A stretch of 61,097 nt of DNA, filler included, from Pirum gemmata (Eukaryota), in NCBI GenBank assembly GCA_002812295.1. It is 15 parts of 15 records of this genome, joined end to end, with 100 filler letters (N's around TTAATTAATTAA, not from the genome) between each part and the next. Parts side by side here need not be neighbours in the genome. Positions count along the whole stretch, not along the records: positions 1 to 3,920 come from PDIN01001728.1; positions 4,021 to 7,979 come from PDIN01001729.1; positions 8,080 to 11,991 come from PDIN01001730.1; 12 more parts are not named here. The stretch is one strand, 5' to 3'. A program made the position numbers and the translations under genes. Position 1 is the first letter of the stretch, and the number at the start of each line of letters is the position of its first letter. The notes under the pieces were generated by a model, which made no database searches, had not been told where the DNA came from, and was given only the letters and a program-made list of their open reading frames with translations. Below, in pieces: positions 1 to 11,991 of the stretch.

Positions 1-522
1 TAGGGTTAAGGTTAGGGTTAGGGTTAGGGTTAGGGTATGTGTTGTGTATTAATTAAGTATTGAAAAAAGCCAAATAACATTTTTTAAAAGTAATTCTTTT
101 TTAAATTCAACATTTAAAGTTTTAAAATTAATATATATATATATATGTATGTATTTATATATATGAAATACTAATACTTAATAACAATAATTGTAAAAAA
201 TAATAATACTTTATAGGTTAGGATTAGGATTAGGATTAGGATTAGGATTAGGATTGGGTTTAGGATTAGGGTTAGAGTTAGGGTTCGGGTTAGGGTTCGG
301 GTTAGGGTTCGGGTTAGGGTGGGGTTAGGGTTAGGGTCCCGGTTAGGGTTAGGGTTAGGGTTAGGGTTAGGGTTCAGGTTCGGGTTCGGGTTCGGGTTCG
401 GGTTAGGGTTAGAGTTAGGGTTAGGGAGAGTTAGAGAGATAGAATTAGAATTAGGGTTAGGGCTAGGTTTGGGTTAGGGTTAGGGTTAATGTTAAGGTTA
501 AGGTTAGGGTTTGGGTTATGGT
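1..522 (+). repeat. Interstitial telomere-like (TTAGGG)n tracts with variants (TTCGGG, TTAGGA)
   Basis: Read directly at 1-35 and ~215-522. Confidence 0.9.
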
Positions 523-614
523 AAATAATAACCACATTTTTAAGTTTAACTAAAATTAACTTTTTTTCAAATTAAAAAACTTTGGATTTTATTTAATCGC
601 GAGTTGCTATTATT

Positions 615-1260
615 GTGGTACTTTTCAGTTATTTTGTCATAAGAAAAAAATATACTATAATAAGTCCCAAATTATTCCTATAACGAATCTATTTGATACA
701 TTTTAATTAATATTGTAATATTTATTATTTATTTTTAAAATTTAAAATAACCACATTTATAAGTTTGAAGGTACCAAATAAATGATCAAGTGACCAAAAT
801 AAATAAAATAACAATTTTTTTTTAAAAAAAATGATAAAAACACTATCGAGCTTTTCAGTTTATTTAGTCAAGAAAAAAAATATACAATAAGTACCAAATA
901 ATTACTCATCTAATCTATTTGATACATTTTAATTAATCTTGTAGTGATTATTATTTATTTTTTTAATTTAAAATAACCACTTTTATAAGTTTGAAAGTAC
1001 CAAATAAATGGTCAAAGTGACAAAATAAATGAAAAGCAGGATAAAATAATAAAATAATAAAATAACTCATAACCAATTTAAATTTAATTAAAAAAATGAT
1101 AAAAACACTCGAGCTTTTCAGTTTATTTAGTCAAGAAAAAATATACAATAATAAGTACCAAATTAGTACTACGCCGAATCTATTTGATACATTTTGTAAT
1201 GTTTATTATTTATTTTTTTAATTTAAAATAACCACTTTTATAAGTTTGAAAGTACCAAAT
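615..1260 (-). mobile_element. Three tandem copies of a MITE family A variant (A'); one complete copy at 844-1043
   Basis: Ends tatcgagcttttcagtt... and ...gtgacaaaataaatgaaaagcaggata match the family A inverted repeats. The internal sequence matches copies at 54340-54542 and ~55300-55579. Confidence 0.7.
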
Positions 1261-1469
1261 TCCACATGCTAATGTTATGACCTAAGTCATTCAGACTCCT
1301 ACGACATTAAATTGCACATTGGCTGGTTGTACCTTTAGGTTACAAGAAATCTTTCTAATGTTAATGACGTAATATTTCATAATCTACGTCACCAATCACA
1401 CATGCTAATGATATGACGTAAATCATTCAGACTCTTAAATTGCACAATAACTGTACCTTTAGGTTACAA

Positions 1470-2350
1470 CTTGTAAACACAACCCTACAATACTCCTACA
1501 ACCTCTATTTGAAAGAAGTCTTTTTCGCTTGGTAATGTTGTTGACGTAATCCTTCATACTCCAAGTCATCAATTCTAGCTCTGGGAGATACGAATCAAAG
1601 AGCTCGATCCTAATTATTACATAGTGACAATTTTGAAATGATATTCTTTTTTCTTTTCGAGTTTCAAGTTTTTTTTATGAAATTTCTAAGAATTTCTAAG
1701 GATTTTTTTTTAATGAAATCAAAAATGAGACAATACTTTTAAAATTAGATCGAAAAATTCGAAAGTTTCGAACTCGTCTCGATTCGATGGTTTTTTCCGC
1801 ATCTCCCTGTGGTCTGTTTTGTGCACTTATTACAACTTCCATAAGCCTACAACACTCTTACAACCTCCACGCGAAAGAAGCCTTTTTTGCTTGGTAATGT
1901 TGCTGACGTAAGCCTTCATATTCTAAGTCATCAATTCTAGCTCTATGTTCTGTTTTGTGCACTTATTACAACTTCCACTACAACACTCCTACAAGCTCCA
2001 CGCGAAAGAAGCCTTTTTTGCTTGGTAATGTTGTTGACGTAAGCCTTCATATTCTAAGTCATCTCCCATGGTCTGTCTTGTGCACTTATTACAAATTCTA
2101 GAAGCCTACAACACTCCTACAACCTCCACGCGAAAGAAGTCATTTTTGCTTGGTAATGTTGTTGACGTAAGCCTTCATATTCTAAGTCATCAATTATAAC
2201 TCTATGGTCTGTTTTTATTCACTTATTACAACTTCCACAAGCCTACAACACTCCTACAACCTCCACGCGAAAGAAGTCTTTTTTGCTTGGTAATGTTGTT
2301 GACGTAAGCCTTCATATTGTAAGTCATCAATTCTAGCTCTATGGTCTGTT
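1470..2350 (-). repeat. Tandem ~123-138 bp repeats of the 3' end (last codons, stop, 3'UTR) of the gene at 2254-3678
   Basis: The unit tggtctgttttgtgcacttattacaac...ctagctcta restarts at ~1809, 1945, 2068 and 2204, with an older copy at ~1480-1582. Confidence 0.85.
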
Positions 2351-2756
2351 TTATGAACTTGCCTTTGTCTGAGGGGTTCTAAACCCATTTTCACCCTCAG
2401 ATTTTCATTTTCCAACCACAATTTTTCATTTTCTCTAAGTAATCTTTCCCTCTCTAATACAGGTGGCATAATGTGTTGCGAGTTAATAGAAACATTATCA
2501 TGAACTTGTTCATCATCGACCATTTGTTCATCGTCATCGCCAGCTTTTACTAAACAACAACAACAACAATATTAATATTAATAATAATAATAATAATAAA
2601 TGAACAATGATAATAATAAAAAAATGATAAAACAATATCAATAAACAATATTAATAAACAACAATAAATGACATGATGTATTCTGAGGTAAATAGAAACA
2701 TTATCATGAACTTGATCATCATCGATCATTTGTTTATCGTCATCGCCAACTTTTAC

Positions 2757-2824
<68 letters not shown>

Positions 2825-3198
2825 ATTAATAATAATAATAATAATAATAATAAATGAACAATGATAATAATAAAAAAATGATAAAACAATATCAATAAAC
2901 AATATTAATAAACAACAATAAAAACAATAATAAACAACCAACAAAACAACAATAACAAACAACAACAATAGCAAAACAACAATAATAAAACAAACAATAA
3001 AACAACAATATTAATAAATAACAAAAACAATTAACGATGACAAAAAAAGCAATAAATAACAATAATAATCAACAATAACAATAAACAACAAAACCAATAA
3101 ACAACAAACCCAATAAGAAACAACAACGGCAACAACGGCAACAGCAAAAACAGCAACAGTAATAACAAAAAGATTAGAGGATTGCAATACTAATACTT

Positions 3199-3252
<54 letters not shown>

Positions 3253-3678
3253 GCAACATAATACTCTAAACCTCAACCCTAAACCTTTATCACAACCCCA
3301 GCCCGACCCAACAAAAATAAAAACAAAAACAATAAACAATAAAAACTAACCCTAACCCTAACCCTTACCCTAGCTAATAAGAACAATAATAATCGTAACG
3401 ATAACAGTGACACTAACACTATGACACTAACAACATTAAAAAGAATAAGAATACGAATAAGAATAAGAATAAGAATAAGAATAAGAATAAGAATAAGAAT
3501 AAGAATAATTTAAACATTTAAGAAATAACATTAACAATGAAATAATCAAAAGAAAAACCTGAAGGTGGTTCGTTTATATTTTCCTCATCACCACCAACAT
3601 TGCTTCTTAATGCTGTTAATGTATCTTCGTCGTCTTCTTCGACTTCTTTTTCGTTCAAACCCGGATCATCAATTTCAC
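2254..3678 (-). CDS. Partial spliced gene for an acidic/coiled-coil hypothetical protein; exons 3678-3559 and 2549-2254
   Basis: AG|...EIDDPGLNEKEVEEDDEDTLTALRSNVGGDEENINEPPS G|GT joins in phase 1 to tttAG|(V)KAGDDDEQMVDDEQ...ERERLLRENEKLWLENENLRVKMG...AWRL*. The introns are microsatellite/telomeric DNA. Confidence 0.65.
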
Positions 3679-3920
3679 CTAGGGGTTAGGGGATTAGGGG
3701 ATTAGGGTTAGGGAGGTAGGGGTTTAGGGTTAAGGGGTTAAGGGGTTAAGGGGTTAAGAAGTTAAGAGGTTAAGAGGTTAAGGGGATGAGGGGTTAAGGG
3801 TTAAGGGGTTAAGGGGTTAAGAGGTTAAGGGGTTAAGAGGTTAAGGGGTTAAGGGGTTAAGGGGTTAAGGGTTTAGAGGGTTAAGGGGTTAGGGGGTTAA
3901 GAGGTTAGGGGGTTAAGGGG

Positions 3921-4020
3921 NNNNNNNNNNNNNNNNNNNNNNNNNNNNNNNNNNNNNNNNNNNNTTAATTAATTAANNNNNNNNNNNNNNNNNNNNNNNN
4001 NNNNNNNNNNNNNNNNNNNN
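3921..4020. other. Artificial contig linker (N-run + TTAATTAATTAA + N-run); first of 14 such linkers
   Basis: The same 100-bp spacer, with stops in all six frames, recurs at ~7980, 11992, 16005, 20922, 24961, 28984, 33002, 37021, 41002, 45036, 49069, 53102 and 57108. ORFs ending in 'LIN' or 'N' after X runs come from it. Confidence 0.97.
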
Positions 4021-4372
4021 TTGTTGTTGTTACTTTTATTTCACTCTACTCTATTTTACCACAATCACCACTATTTTTAAAACTATTATTATTACTATTA
4101 CAAAATCTTAACACTAATACCAGCACTATTACTATTACTATTACTATTACTATTACTATTGCTATTACTATTACTATTAATATTAATATTAATATTACTA
4201 TCACTATTACTATTACTATTACTATTTATATTACTATTACTATTACTATTACTATTATTACTATAATTGTTGTTGTTGCTGTTGTTGCCGTGAAGTAGTC
4301 TTTGTTGTTGTTGTTGTTATATTATTACTATTGTGATCATTGTTATTATTATTGTCGTTGTGATCGTTATAT

Positions 4373-4404
<32 letters not shown>

Positions 4405-4971
4405 ATGTTATTATATTATTATTGTTGTTGTCATTACTAATAATGCAGTTGCTATTGTTATTTTAGTTATTGTTGTTGTTGTTGTTGTTACTTGTTAAAA
4501 AGGATAGTTATTATTTATTTATATTGTCGATGTTTTTGGTTTTTTTTTTATCGTCTTTGGGAACGAACTGTATTGTGAATTTGTGACTCGTATTGTTTGT
4601 TTGATCCGAAAAAAATTAATTAATGGGTTGTTCGAAAAACTAATTTATTGTAGATCAAAAACCAAACAAGTTATATAAATTATGTTTGAAAATATGTTTG
4701 AAAACATTCATTCCTTTTTTTCAAAACAAAAAAGAAAATCGAAATTGAGGGAGGATAATATAGTATTTACTAGTTATAATTACGTCATAGATAGTATTTT
4801 ACGTGATAGTGTTTTAATTGTGTTAATTGAAAACTATCATAATTACATAACTGTATACTAATATTACGTAATATTTGAATTTCGCTTTTCTCAGGATTCA
4901 AAATCGTTTTTTGAACTCGATTTTTTTTTGTTTGTTTTTTTGTTTTATTTTTTTTCCCTTTTGATCTCCAT

Positions 4972-5004
4972 CAAGGACTTCAAAAACTTTTTTTGAAGTC
5001 CTTG
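4972..5004. mobile_element. 33-bp TIR-only micro-MITE (family G; P-element-like CA..TG ends)
   Basis: caaggacttcaaaaa-ctt-tttttgaagtccttg, flanked by tctccat / cctccat (7-bp duplication, 1 mismatch). Confidence 0.65.
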
Positions 5005-5309
5005 CCTCCATCCGTTTTTCATGACGAAGTTTTAGAGTCTATTTATTATATGTATAAAAATAAATCGAAATGTCGTTATATGACGTCATTATAATTACTT
5101 TGATTATAGATAATGACGTCTATATTCTTCAATATCCTCGTTAGACCACCCCTCGAACTTTTTATTGTGCCTTTCCTATAGCTAGTAGCTAGTAGCACTC
5201 TACTTGTAGTGCATTTAAAAATATCTTTTTTAAAAGTTATAAACCACCAAATAAATATTCAGAGTGACAAAATAAATGAAAAGCACAATAGATGATTTAT
5301 ATAAACATA

Positions 5310-7445
5310 GACTGTTAATTAACGTTATAATAATTATTATTAGAGTTATTAAATTAGGGTTAGGGTTAACATTATAATAATAATTATTAGGGTTAAAACG
5401 GGTTAACGTTATAATTAGGATTAATTAATATTGATTAATATAATATTGGTTTGAGTTATAATTAGGGTTAGGGTTAGAGTTAGGGTTAGGGTAATGGTTA
5501 GGGTTATGCATATGGTTATGGTTAGGATTGATAAATATTATGGTTATGGGTTAGATCTATATAGAGTTGGTTAACGTTATAGTTATAGTTAGAGTAATTT
5601 ATTGTATAGGCTTATAATCAGGGCTAGGGATTAGGGTTAGGGATGGGTTTATCAATTATGATTAGGATTATAAGTTTAGACATAATTATAATAATTTGTT
5701 TATTTATAATTATAAAATAAATTAGTTATAGGGTTAGGGGTAGAGTTATAATTAAAAGATGTGTTAAAATTAAGGTTATAGTTAAGGTATGAATATATAT
5801 TATTGTAGGGCATACGTATACGTAGTTATTATTAAGGTTAAGGTTTTAACGCTTTAATAACGTTATATTAGGATTTTTTTAATGTTAAATTAGGGTTAGG
5901 GTTAAGCTTAAAAGGTTATAATTAGCTATAGGGTACGTATACGCTAACTTTAGGGTTAGAATTAGCTATAGCTATAGGAGTTAGGAGTCAGCTTTGTATA
6001 TATAGGAATTGGGGGTTTTATATGGTTTTATATAATTATAATAAGTACTAGCTAACTATAAAAGATAAGGGTTAACGTTAGTGAGGTTATAAATTAGGGC
6101 TAGCGCGGTTGGGGTTTAACGCTATAATAATTGGATTTAGAGGGATGTTGGTGTTAGGTTTATAAGAGTTATGTATAATATTAATTATCCCGCGGTTATA
6201 AATTAGCGTTATAATAGGATATCGGGGTACCGGCGCTGTTAGGATATAAAATTGGTGTTAGGGTTATAAATTAGGGCTAGGGTTAGAGTTATTGTTAGAT
6301 TTAATTTATATAATAATGTTATAATAATTATTATTAGGGGTTTAACGGATAATTAGGATTGATATCGATTAATATATTGGTTTTAACGTTTGAGTTATAA
6401 TTATAGTTAGGGTTAGGGTTAGGGTTAGGGTTAGGGTTAGGGCTAGGGTTAGGGCTAGGGTTAGGGCTAGGGTTAGGGTTAGGGTTAGGGTTATTGTTAG
6501 GGTTAGGGTTAAGGTTAGGGTTAGGGTTATTGTTAGGGTTAGGGTTAAGGTTATGGGTTAGATTTATAGAGTTGGATAACGTTAACGTTATAGTTAGGGT
6601 TAGAGTAATTGACTATAGGCTTATAATTAGGGTTAGGGATTAGGGTTAGGGATGGGTTTACCAATTAGGATTAGGATTAGTTTATATATAATTAGCTATA
6701 GGGTACGTATACGGCTTGCTAATTTATTATAACGTTAATTAAGGTTAGGCGATTGCATTATAATTAGTTAGACATATTATAACTATATATATTATAATAT
6801 TTGTTGATTTATTTTTAATTATAAAATAAATTAGGTATAGGGTTAGGGGTAGGATTAAAAAATGGGTTTTAAGGTTATAGTTAGCTATAGGGTATGAATA
6901 CATATATTGTAGCTAGGGTATATATACGTCAATTAATTAATAAGCTTAATTAAGGTTAAAAGGTTAACGCGTAAGCTTAATAAGGTTATAATTAAGGTAC
7001 GTATACGTTAACGTTAGGGTTAGAATTAGCTAGTATAGGAGTCAGGAGTCAGCTATATAGGATTTGGGGTTTATGGTTTTACAATAAGGACTAGCTAGTA
7101 GGGTTAGGGTTAGATAAGTTATAAATTAGGACTAGCGCGCTTGGGTTAAAAAGTTATAACAATTAGATCTAGATCTAGAGGCTTAGGGTTGTTGGTGTTA
7201 GGGTTAGTAGCTATAGGGTTTTAAAATTAACAGAGTCTTGAGGGTTATTGGAGCTAGCTAGCTACTAGAGGTGCAAATTGGGTTATACCAGAATTAGGGT
7301 TATAGCGTTATTGTTAGGGTATGGTTGGCTGGATTAGCTAAAGGGTTAGGGTTGGGGTTAGGGTTAGTGTTTGGGTTAGGGGTTAGGGTTAGGGTTAGGG
7401 TTAGGGTTAGGGTTAGGGTTAGGGTTAGGGTTAGGGTTAGGGTTA
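5310..7445 (+). repeat. Degenerate TTAGGG-derived array containing a ~1-kb tandem duplication
   Basis: Blocks such as gggttagat..tatagagttgg..taggcttataat..gggatgggttta recur at ~5548-5670 and ~6555-6680. Pure TTAGGG occurs at 6405-6550 and 7375-7445. Confidence 0.8.
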
Positions 7446-7849
7446 TTAGACCACTATTTATGTATAGTTAGGGTGAGTTAGGGTTTGAGTTTGGAGTGTT
7501 TATTAGAAACTTTTGGGAAAGCGCTAGCTAGCGCTGGGGTTGATTGACTGACTGGGGGTTCTAAACGGACTGGTTGGGGGTTATGGACCGGGTGAGGGTT
7601 TGGTGTTAGGGTTAAAAGGACGGATGCACCTTTTTGTTTTAAAGTCAGGGTAGGATTTTGAGCGTAAGTAGTAATGCATAGTTTCGAGCATTTACTTCTT
7701 TCTGGGTTTTTTAAAATCTTTTTAATTAAATACAATAATAGACTACTAGACTAATCATCGAAAAAATTAATTCGAGCTCAAAAATTAATTACGTCATCTT
7801 TACGCTACTCGTTTTGAAAAGTTTTTTTTGGTATTTTCAAGTATTTTTT

Positions 7850-7904
<55 letters not shown>

Positions 7905-8141
7905 GGGTTTTTTTTTGTCTAGGTCTTATTTATTTTTGGATTTGGATTTTCAGATACTTATCATTATCATTATTGAAGTNNNNNNNNNNNNNNNNNNNNN
8001 NNNNNNNNNNNNNNNNNNNNNNNTTAATTAATTAANNNNNNNNNNNNNNNNNNNNNNNNNNNNNNNNNNNNNNNNNNNNTCATAACACTATAGTCTATCA
8101 TACAAGTTTTTTTTTTTTGTTTTTTTTTTTGTATGATAGAC

Positions 8142-8183
8142 CAAGGACTTCAAAAAACAAGACTTTTTTTTTTGAAGTCCTTG
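8142..8183. mobile_element. 42-bp TIR-only micro-MITE (family G)
   Basis: caaggacttcaaaaaa...ttttttgaagtccttg, flanked by gatagac / ggtagac (7-bp duplication, 1 mismatch). Confidence 0.65.
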
Positions 8184-8478
8184 GGTAGACAATAATATTA
8201 TCTAATAATTATAAAATAGACTAATATCGATAATATGAAAACTATTGTTTAAAATAATAATAATATAGTACTGTTATAGTTATCACTAATACTCTATCAT
8301 ATTGTTAAACTAATGCTTACAGTAAGTAATCCTATCGTCTATCGATAGACTACTAGAGCCGTGATATTTTTTCGAAAAAAAATTGAAACGGTATTATATC
8401 AAGATTTATCGATAGTCCTTTTTTTATATCACTTATTATCATGAGTGTAGGCCGATCTAGCTACTAGCTAGTAGTCTC

Positions 8479-8714
8479 TATCGTTTATTTCATTACAGTT
8501 GTCCTCGCAATCTTTAATTCGATACTGTTTTTAATTAAAAAAAAGTATAATTGAGCTTGTTTACAAAATACAACATTAATTATAAAATATCAAATTAATT
8601 AAAACCTGTCTGATAGTTTTTAACCTTTAATTAATATTTTTTTAATAATAATTTTGTACGTTTATTTTAGTTTTTGAGCTGGGGGCCTGGGGCAACACTA
8701 TCGAAAACACGTTA
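8479..8714 (+). mobile_element. MITE family B copy (~200 bp, imperfect TATCGT...ACGATA inverted ends)
   Basis: Homologous to 10927-11126, 34706-34909, 36116-36307 and ~50490-50702, plus fragments at ~18980, 19950, 22410, 26500 and 32505. Confidence 0.75.
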
Positions 8715-9154
8715 GTCTAGTAGCTAATCTGGACAGTGTCTGGACTACAAAATAATAATAATATCATAGCTATGATAGATAAAAAACTCTACTTTAGTCT
8801 AGCTATCATAATATTATTATGATAGAGCTTGAATCATATACCTACATACACTAATGTTATCATAGACCATAAACCAAACGCTAGTCTCTATCATACTAGA
8901 GTCATACTAGCTAGAGCTATGATAGATCATATCAATAATATAAACTGTGAATAAACAAGCTAAAGTCTATCAAGGAAAAATGAATATCAGTGATCGGTGA
9001 TCGCAGGGTTGAAACAGTGTTGAAACCGGATTACAGCGGCGGAATGGGCGGATACCTCCTCTACTACGAGTCTACAATAGCTTTGATAGCTGACTGACGA
9101 ATATTACTTCGTTCATTGGCTCGAAATATTATCAATAGAAATGTTTTTTTCTTT

Positions 9155-9206
<52 letters not shown>

Positions 9207-10289
9207 TTTTTATTTTTTTTTTTTTTTTTGAAAAAAAAATTAGCAAAACATTTTATCACCTTTTTTTTTTGCTAGACTAGCTAGGAGTAGCTACTATCTT
9301 GATACTAGCTAGTAGCTAGCTCTACTAGCAGTAGCAGTCTAGCTACTACTAGTGGCCACTTCGGTCTTGTCGCCGTGATAAGTTCTAACTTCTATGATAC
9401 CTAGTAACTTCTACTAAGGCAGCTCTAGCTAGTACTACTACTACTACTACTAGCTAGAAGTCCACTTTTACAGTACTTTTACCCAGGTCTATCTGATAGA
9501 AGTCTGATAGACCAGTCTATCTGATAGAGTAGTCTATCAATAGTCTAGTCTATTTATCACTGTCTATTTATCAACTATTTATCAATGTAATATATCGTAC
9601 TTTTCATTTATTTTGTCACTCTGAATATTTATTTGGAGGGTTATAATCTTTAAATTGACATTTTAAATCAATAAATAGATAATAAAATATACCAAATACA
9701 TATTTTAAAAATTAAATGGATTTATATTTTATTAATTTGGTAGAGACACATTCTATTCTAGACCGTCTATATAGAGCTGCCGGGTCTACCAAAAATTGAT
9801 GTCATGTCAATGATGTCACAAATCAAATCCCAATTCCACTCCAATTCCCAAGGCAAAGGAATTTCAAAGGGTAGTTTTTAATAATAGTTTTTTTTAATTA
9901 TTTTTTAAAAAAGAAATATCAGATAAGTATCAGATACTATCATAACTAAATAACTACTAAATACTACCAAATTTGAGAAAAGAAAATAATGGTTTTTTTA
10001 TATAAATCCTATAGCTATCATAGTGCTATCATAATATTATATTTTTATAAATAATATTATTAATAGTAGACTAGCTGTAGCCTGTAGCTAGCTAGCCAGA
10101 CAACTGGGCGAGAGTCCTGCGAGAGTAGACTCTAGTCACTCTACTAGCTAGCTATGATAGTTAGTAGTCTAGCTAGACTCTACTATCATAGCTAGCTAGC
10201 TCTCTACTATAGTCTAGTTAGATAAGCTACTAGCTAGAGGTGGGAAGAGGATAGTATGATATACTAGCTAGTAGCTAGCTAGAGGGGGT

Positions 10290-10460
10290 CTATATCGTAC
10301 AATAAAAGAACAATACAATGGTGTATCATAGAAGTATCATAGACTATATATTATGGTATTGTTATGAAAAGGACAACAAGCTAAAACCAAATGACAATCA
10401 AATCATACTTTAACCAAAGTATTATCAAATAAATCAACAAATTACAACTTTAATTTTTAA
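10290..10460 (+). pseudogene. Multicopy decayed coding 3' end (..KLKPSDNQIIDLYQSIMKQINKLQL*-like); copy 1 of 3
   Basis: Aligns with ~12965-13165 (+) and ~53655-53770 (-, C-terminus of the 137-aa ORF). Confidence 0.45.
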
Positions 10461-10552
10461 TTATATACTATGATATAAGTTATAATATTATAATAAATGT
10501 AACCTTCTCTTCCTTTTTTTTTGAGGAAAACAGGAATTTTTTTTAACACCAC

Positions 10553-10822
10553 TGCTGGATAAAACTGCAGAAACCATTTTTTTTTTAGACTAGTCCTTTG
10601 TTTTCTAATACCTTCCATTATAACTAGTCAAATTATTTTTAAAAACTGACCATTGGCTCATAATAGAGTTTTCTCAGTTAGGTGCTTTCTCAAATTTTGG
10701 TAGCACTTTCATGTTTCAACTGTACTTTCATTTTAAAATGCAATATTTTGAGATTTTTTGGATTTTTGAGCTTATAAATTATAATTATAGTCTATGGATG
10801 TCACAATTTTTATCCGGCCTTG
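10553..10822 (+). mobile_element. MITE family F copy (diverged)
   Basis: ggataaaactgcagaaacc...aaattatttttaaaaact...cattggctcataatagag...ttttatccggc matches 59343-59570. Confidence 0.7.
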
Positions 10823-10926
10823 CTGTTAAAAAAAAAACAAAAACTCTTTCTTTCTAGTTCTTTCTATAGAGGGTAGAGGGTCTATAGTAAATAAATAATT
10901 ATTTTTTTAAAAAATAAAGAATAGAC

Positions 10927-11126
10927 TGCCGTGTTTTTCAATGGTGTTGTCCAGTTCAAAAACTGAAATAAACTTACCAAATTATTATTATAGTTAAACT
11001 ATCGGACATGTTTTGATTAATTTGGTATTTTGTGTTTTATGTTTTATTTTATAAAACAGTTCAATTATACACTTAAAAAGTACCGAATTAAAGATTGAGA
11101 GGACAACTGTAATGAAATAGACGATA
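10927..11126 (-). mobile_element. MITE family B, full-length copy
   Basis: cgtgtttttcaatggtgttgtcc ... ggacaactgtaatgaaatagacgata. Confidence 0.8.
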
Positions 11127-11959
11127 TAAAGTAGTCTAGACTAGAAGTAGACTTAGTTAGAGAGTAGACTATCTATGATCAGAAGTTGGACTAATACTAC
11201 TAGCTAGCTAGCTAGGCTAGCTACTATGATACTTGTAGCTAGCTAGCTACTCTAGCTACAGGTCTATTTTTTTTTTCTTTTTTTTTTTTCGTGGGAGATT
11301 TGAGATTATATATTCAATAATTTCAATAGACAAGAATAATATTTTTTTTTTTTTTTTAATTAAATTTTTATAATAAGGGGTCTGTGTATTTATTAGTATA
11401 ATAATATTTTATAATATATTTATATCGATATAAATATCATATTATGATATTGATATAATTTTTATAATAAGGGGTCTATGTATTTATTAGTATAATAATA
11501 TTTTATAATGTATTTGTATAACTGTTATTATATCGATATAAATATCATGATATTGATATATGATATATGTCATGATATCTGATAATATAATATCATATAT
11601 TCTATCGATAATAATAATAATAACAATAACTAATTATGAGAGTATTTAAATGGGAACCCTTTTTCTAAATTGTCATTTTAATGGCTTAGATTATCATACA
11701 ATCTGAAAGCTTAGATGCTGGGGGACCTATCGATATAAGGATCATATACCTATTTGATATGATTTATAATCATAGTTAACATTATATAAAAAAATATTTA
11801 TAATAATAAAATATCATAGTTATATAGCTGTCATATATTAAATGTTATACCGGTATATTATAATGTATATTATAATATTATATATATTATCATATAATAT
11901 TATAAAATATCATTTTGTAAAAAATTTACTTTTTCTAAAGCTGCTGTACTTTTTAGAGT

Positions 11960-11991
<32 letters not shown>

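Noticed and set aside
1350..2260. Alternative genetic code (TAA/TAG = Gln), suggested by in-frame stops in decayed ORFs (also at ~21474 and ~56170-56255)
   Set aside because: Intact exons (25061-25382, 39386-40926, 44096-44450) contain many Gln codons as CAA/CAG and no in-frame TAR. C->T decay in pseudogenes explains the stops.
3965..3976. Recurring TTAATTAATTAA at ~4-kb spacing as a biological motif
   Set aside because: It is always embedded in N runs within a 100-bp spacer, so it is an artificial six-frame-stop contig linker.
7478..7735. 85-aa ORF next to the telomere-like array
   Set aside because: It has no recognisable motif or clear splice signals and is partly derived from telomere-like sequence, so support is insufficient.
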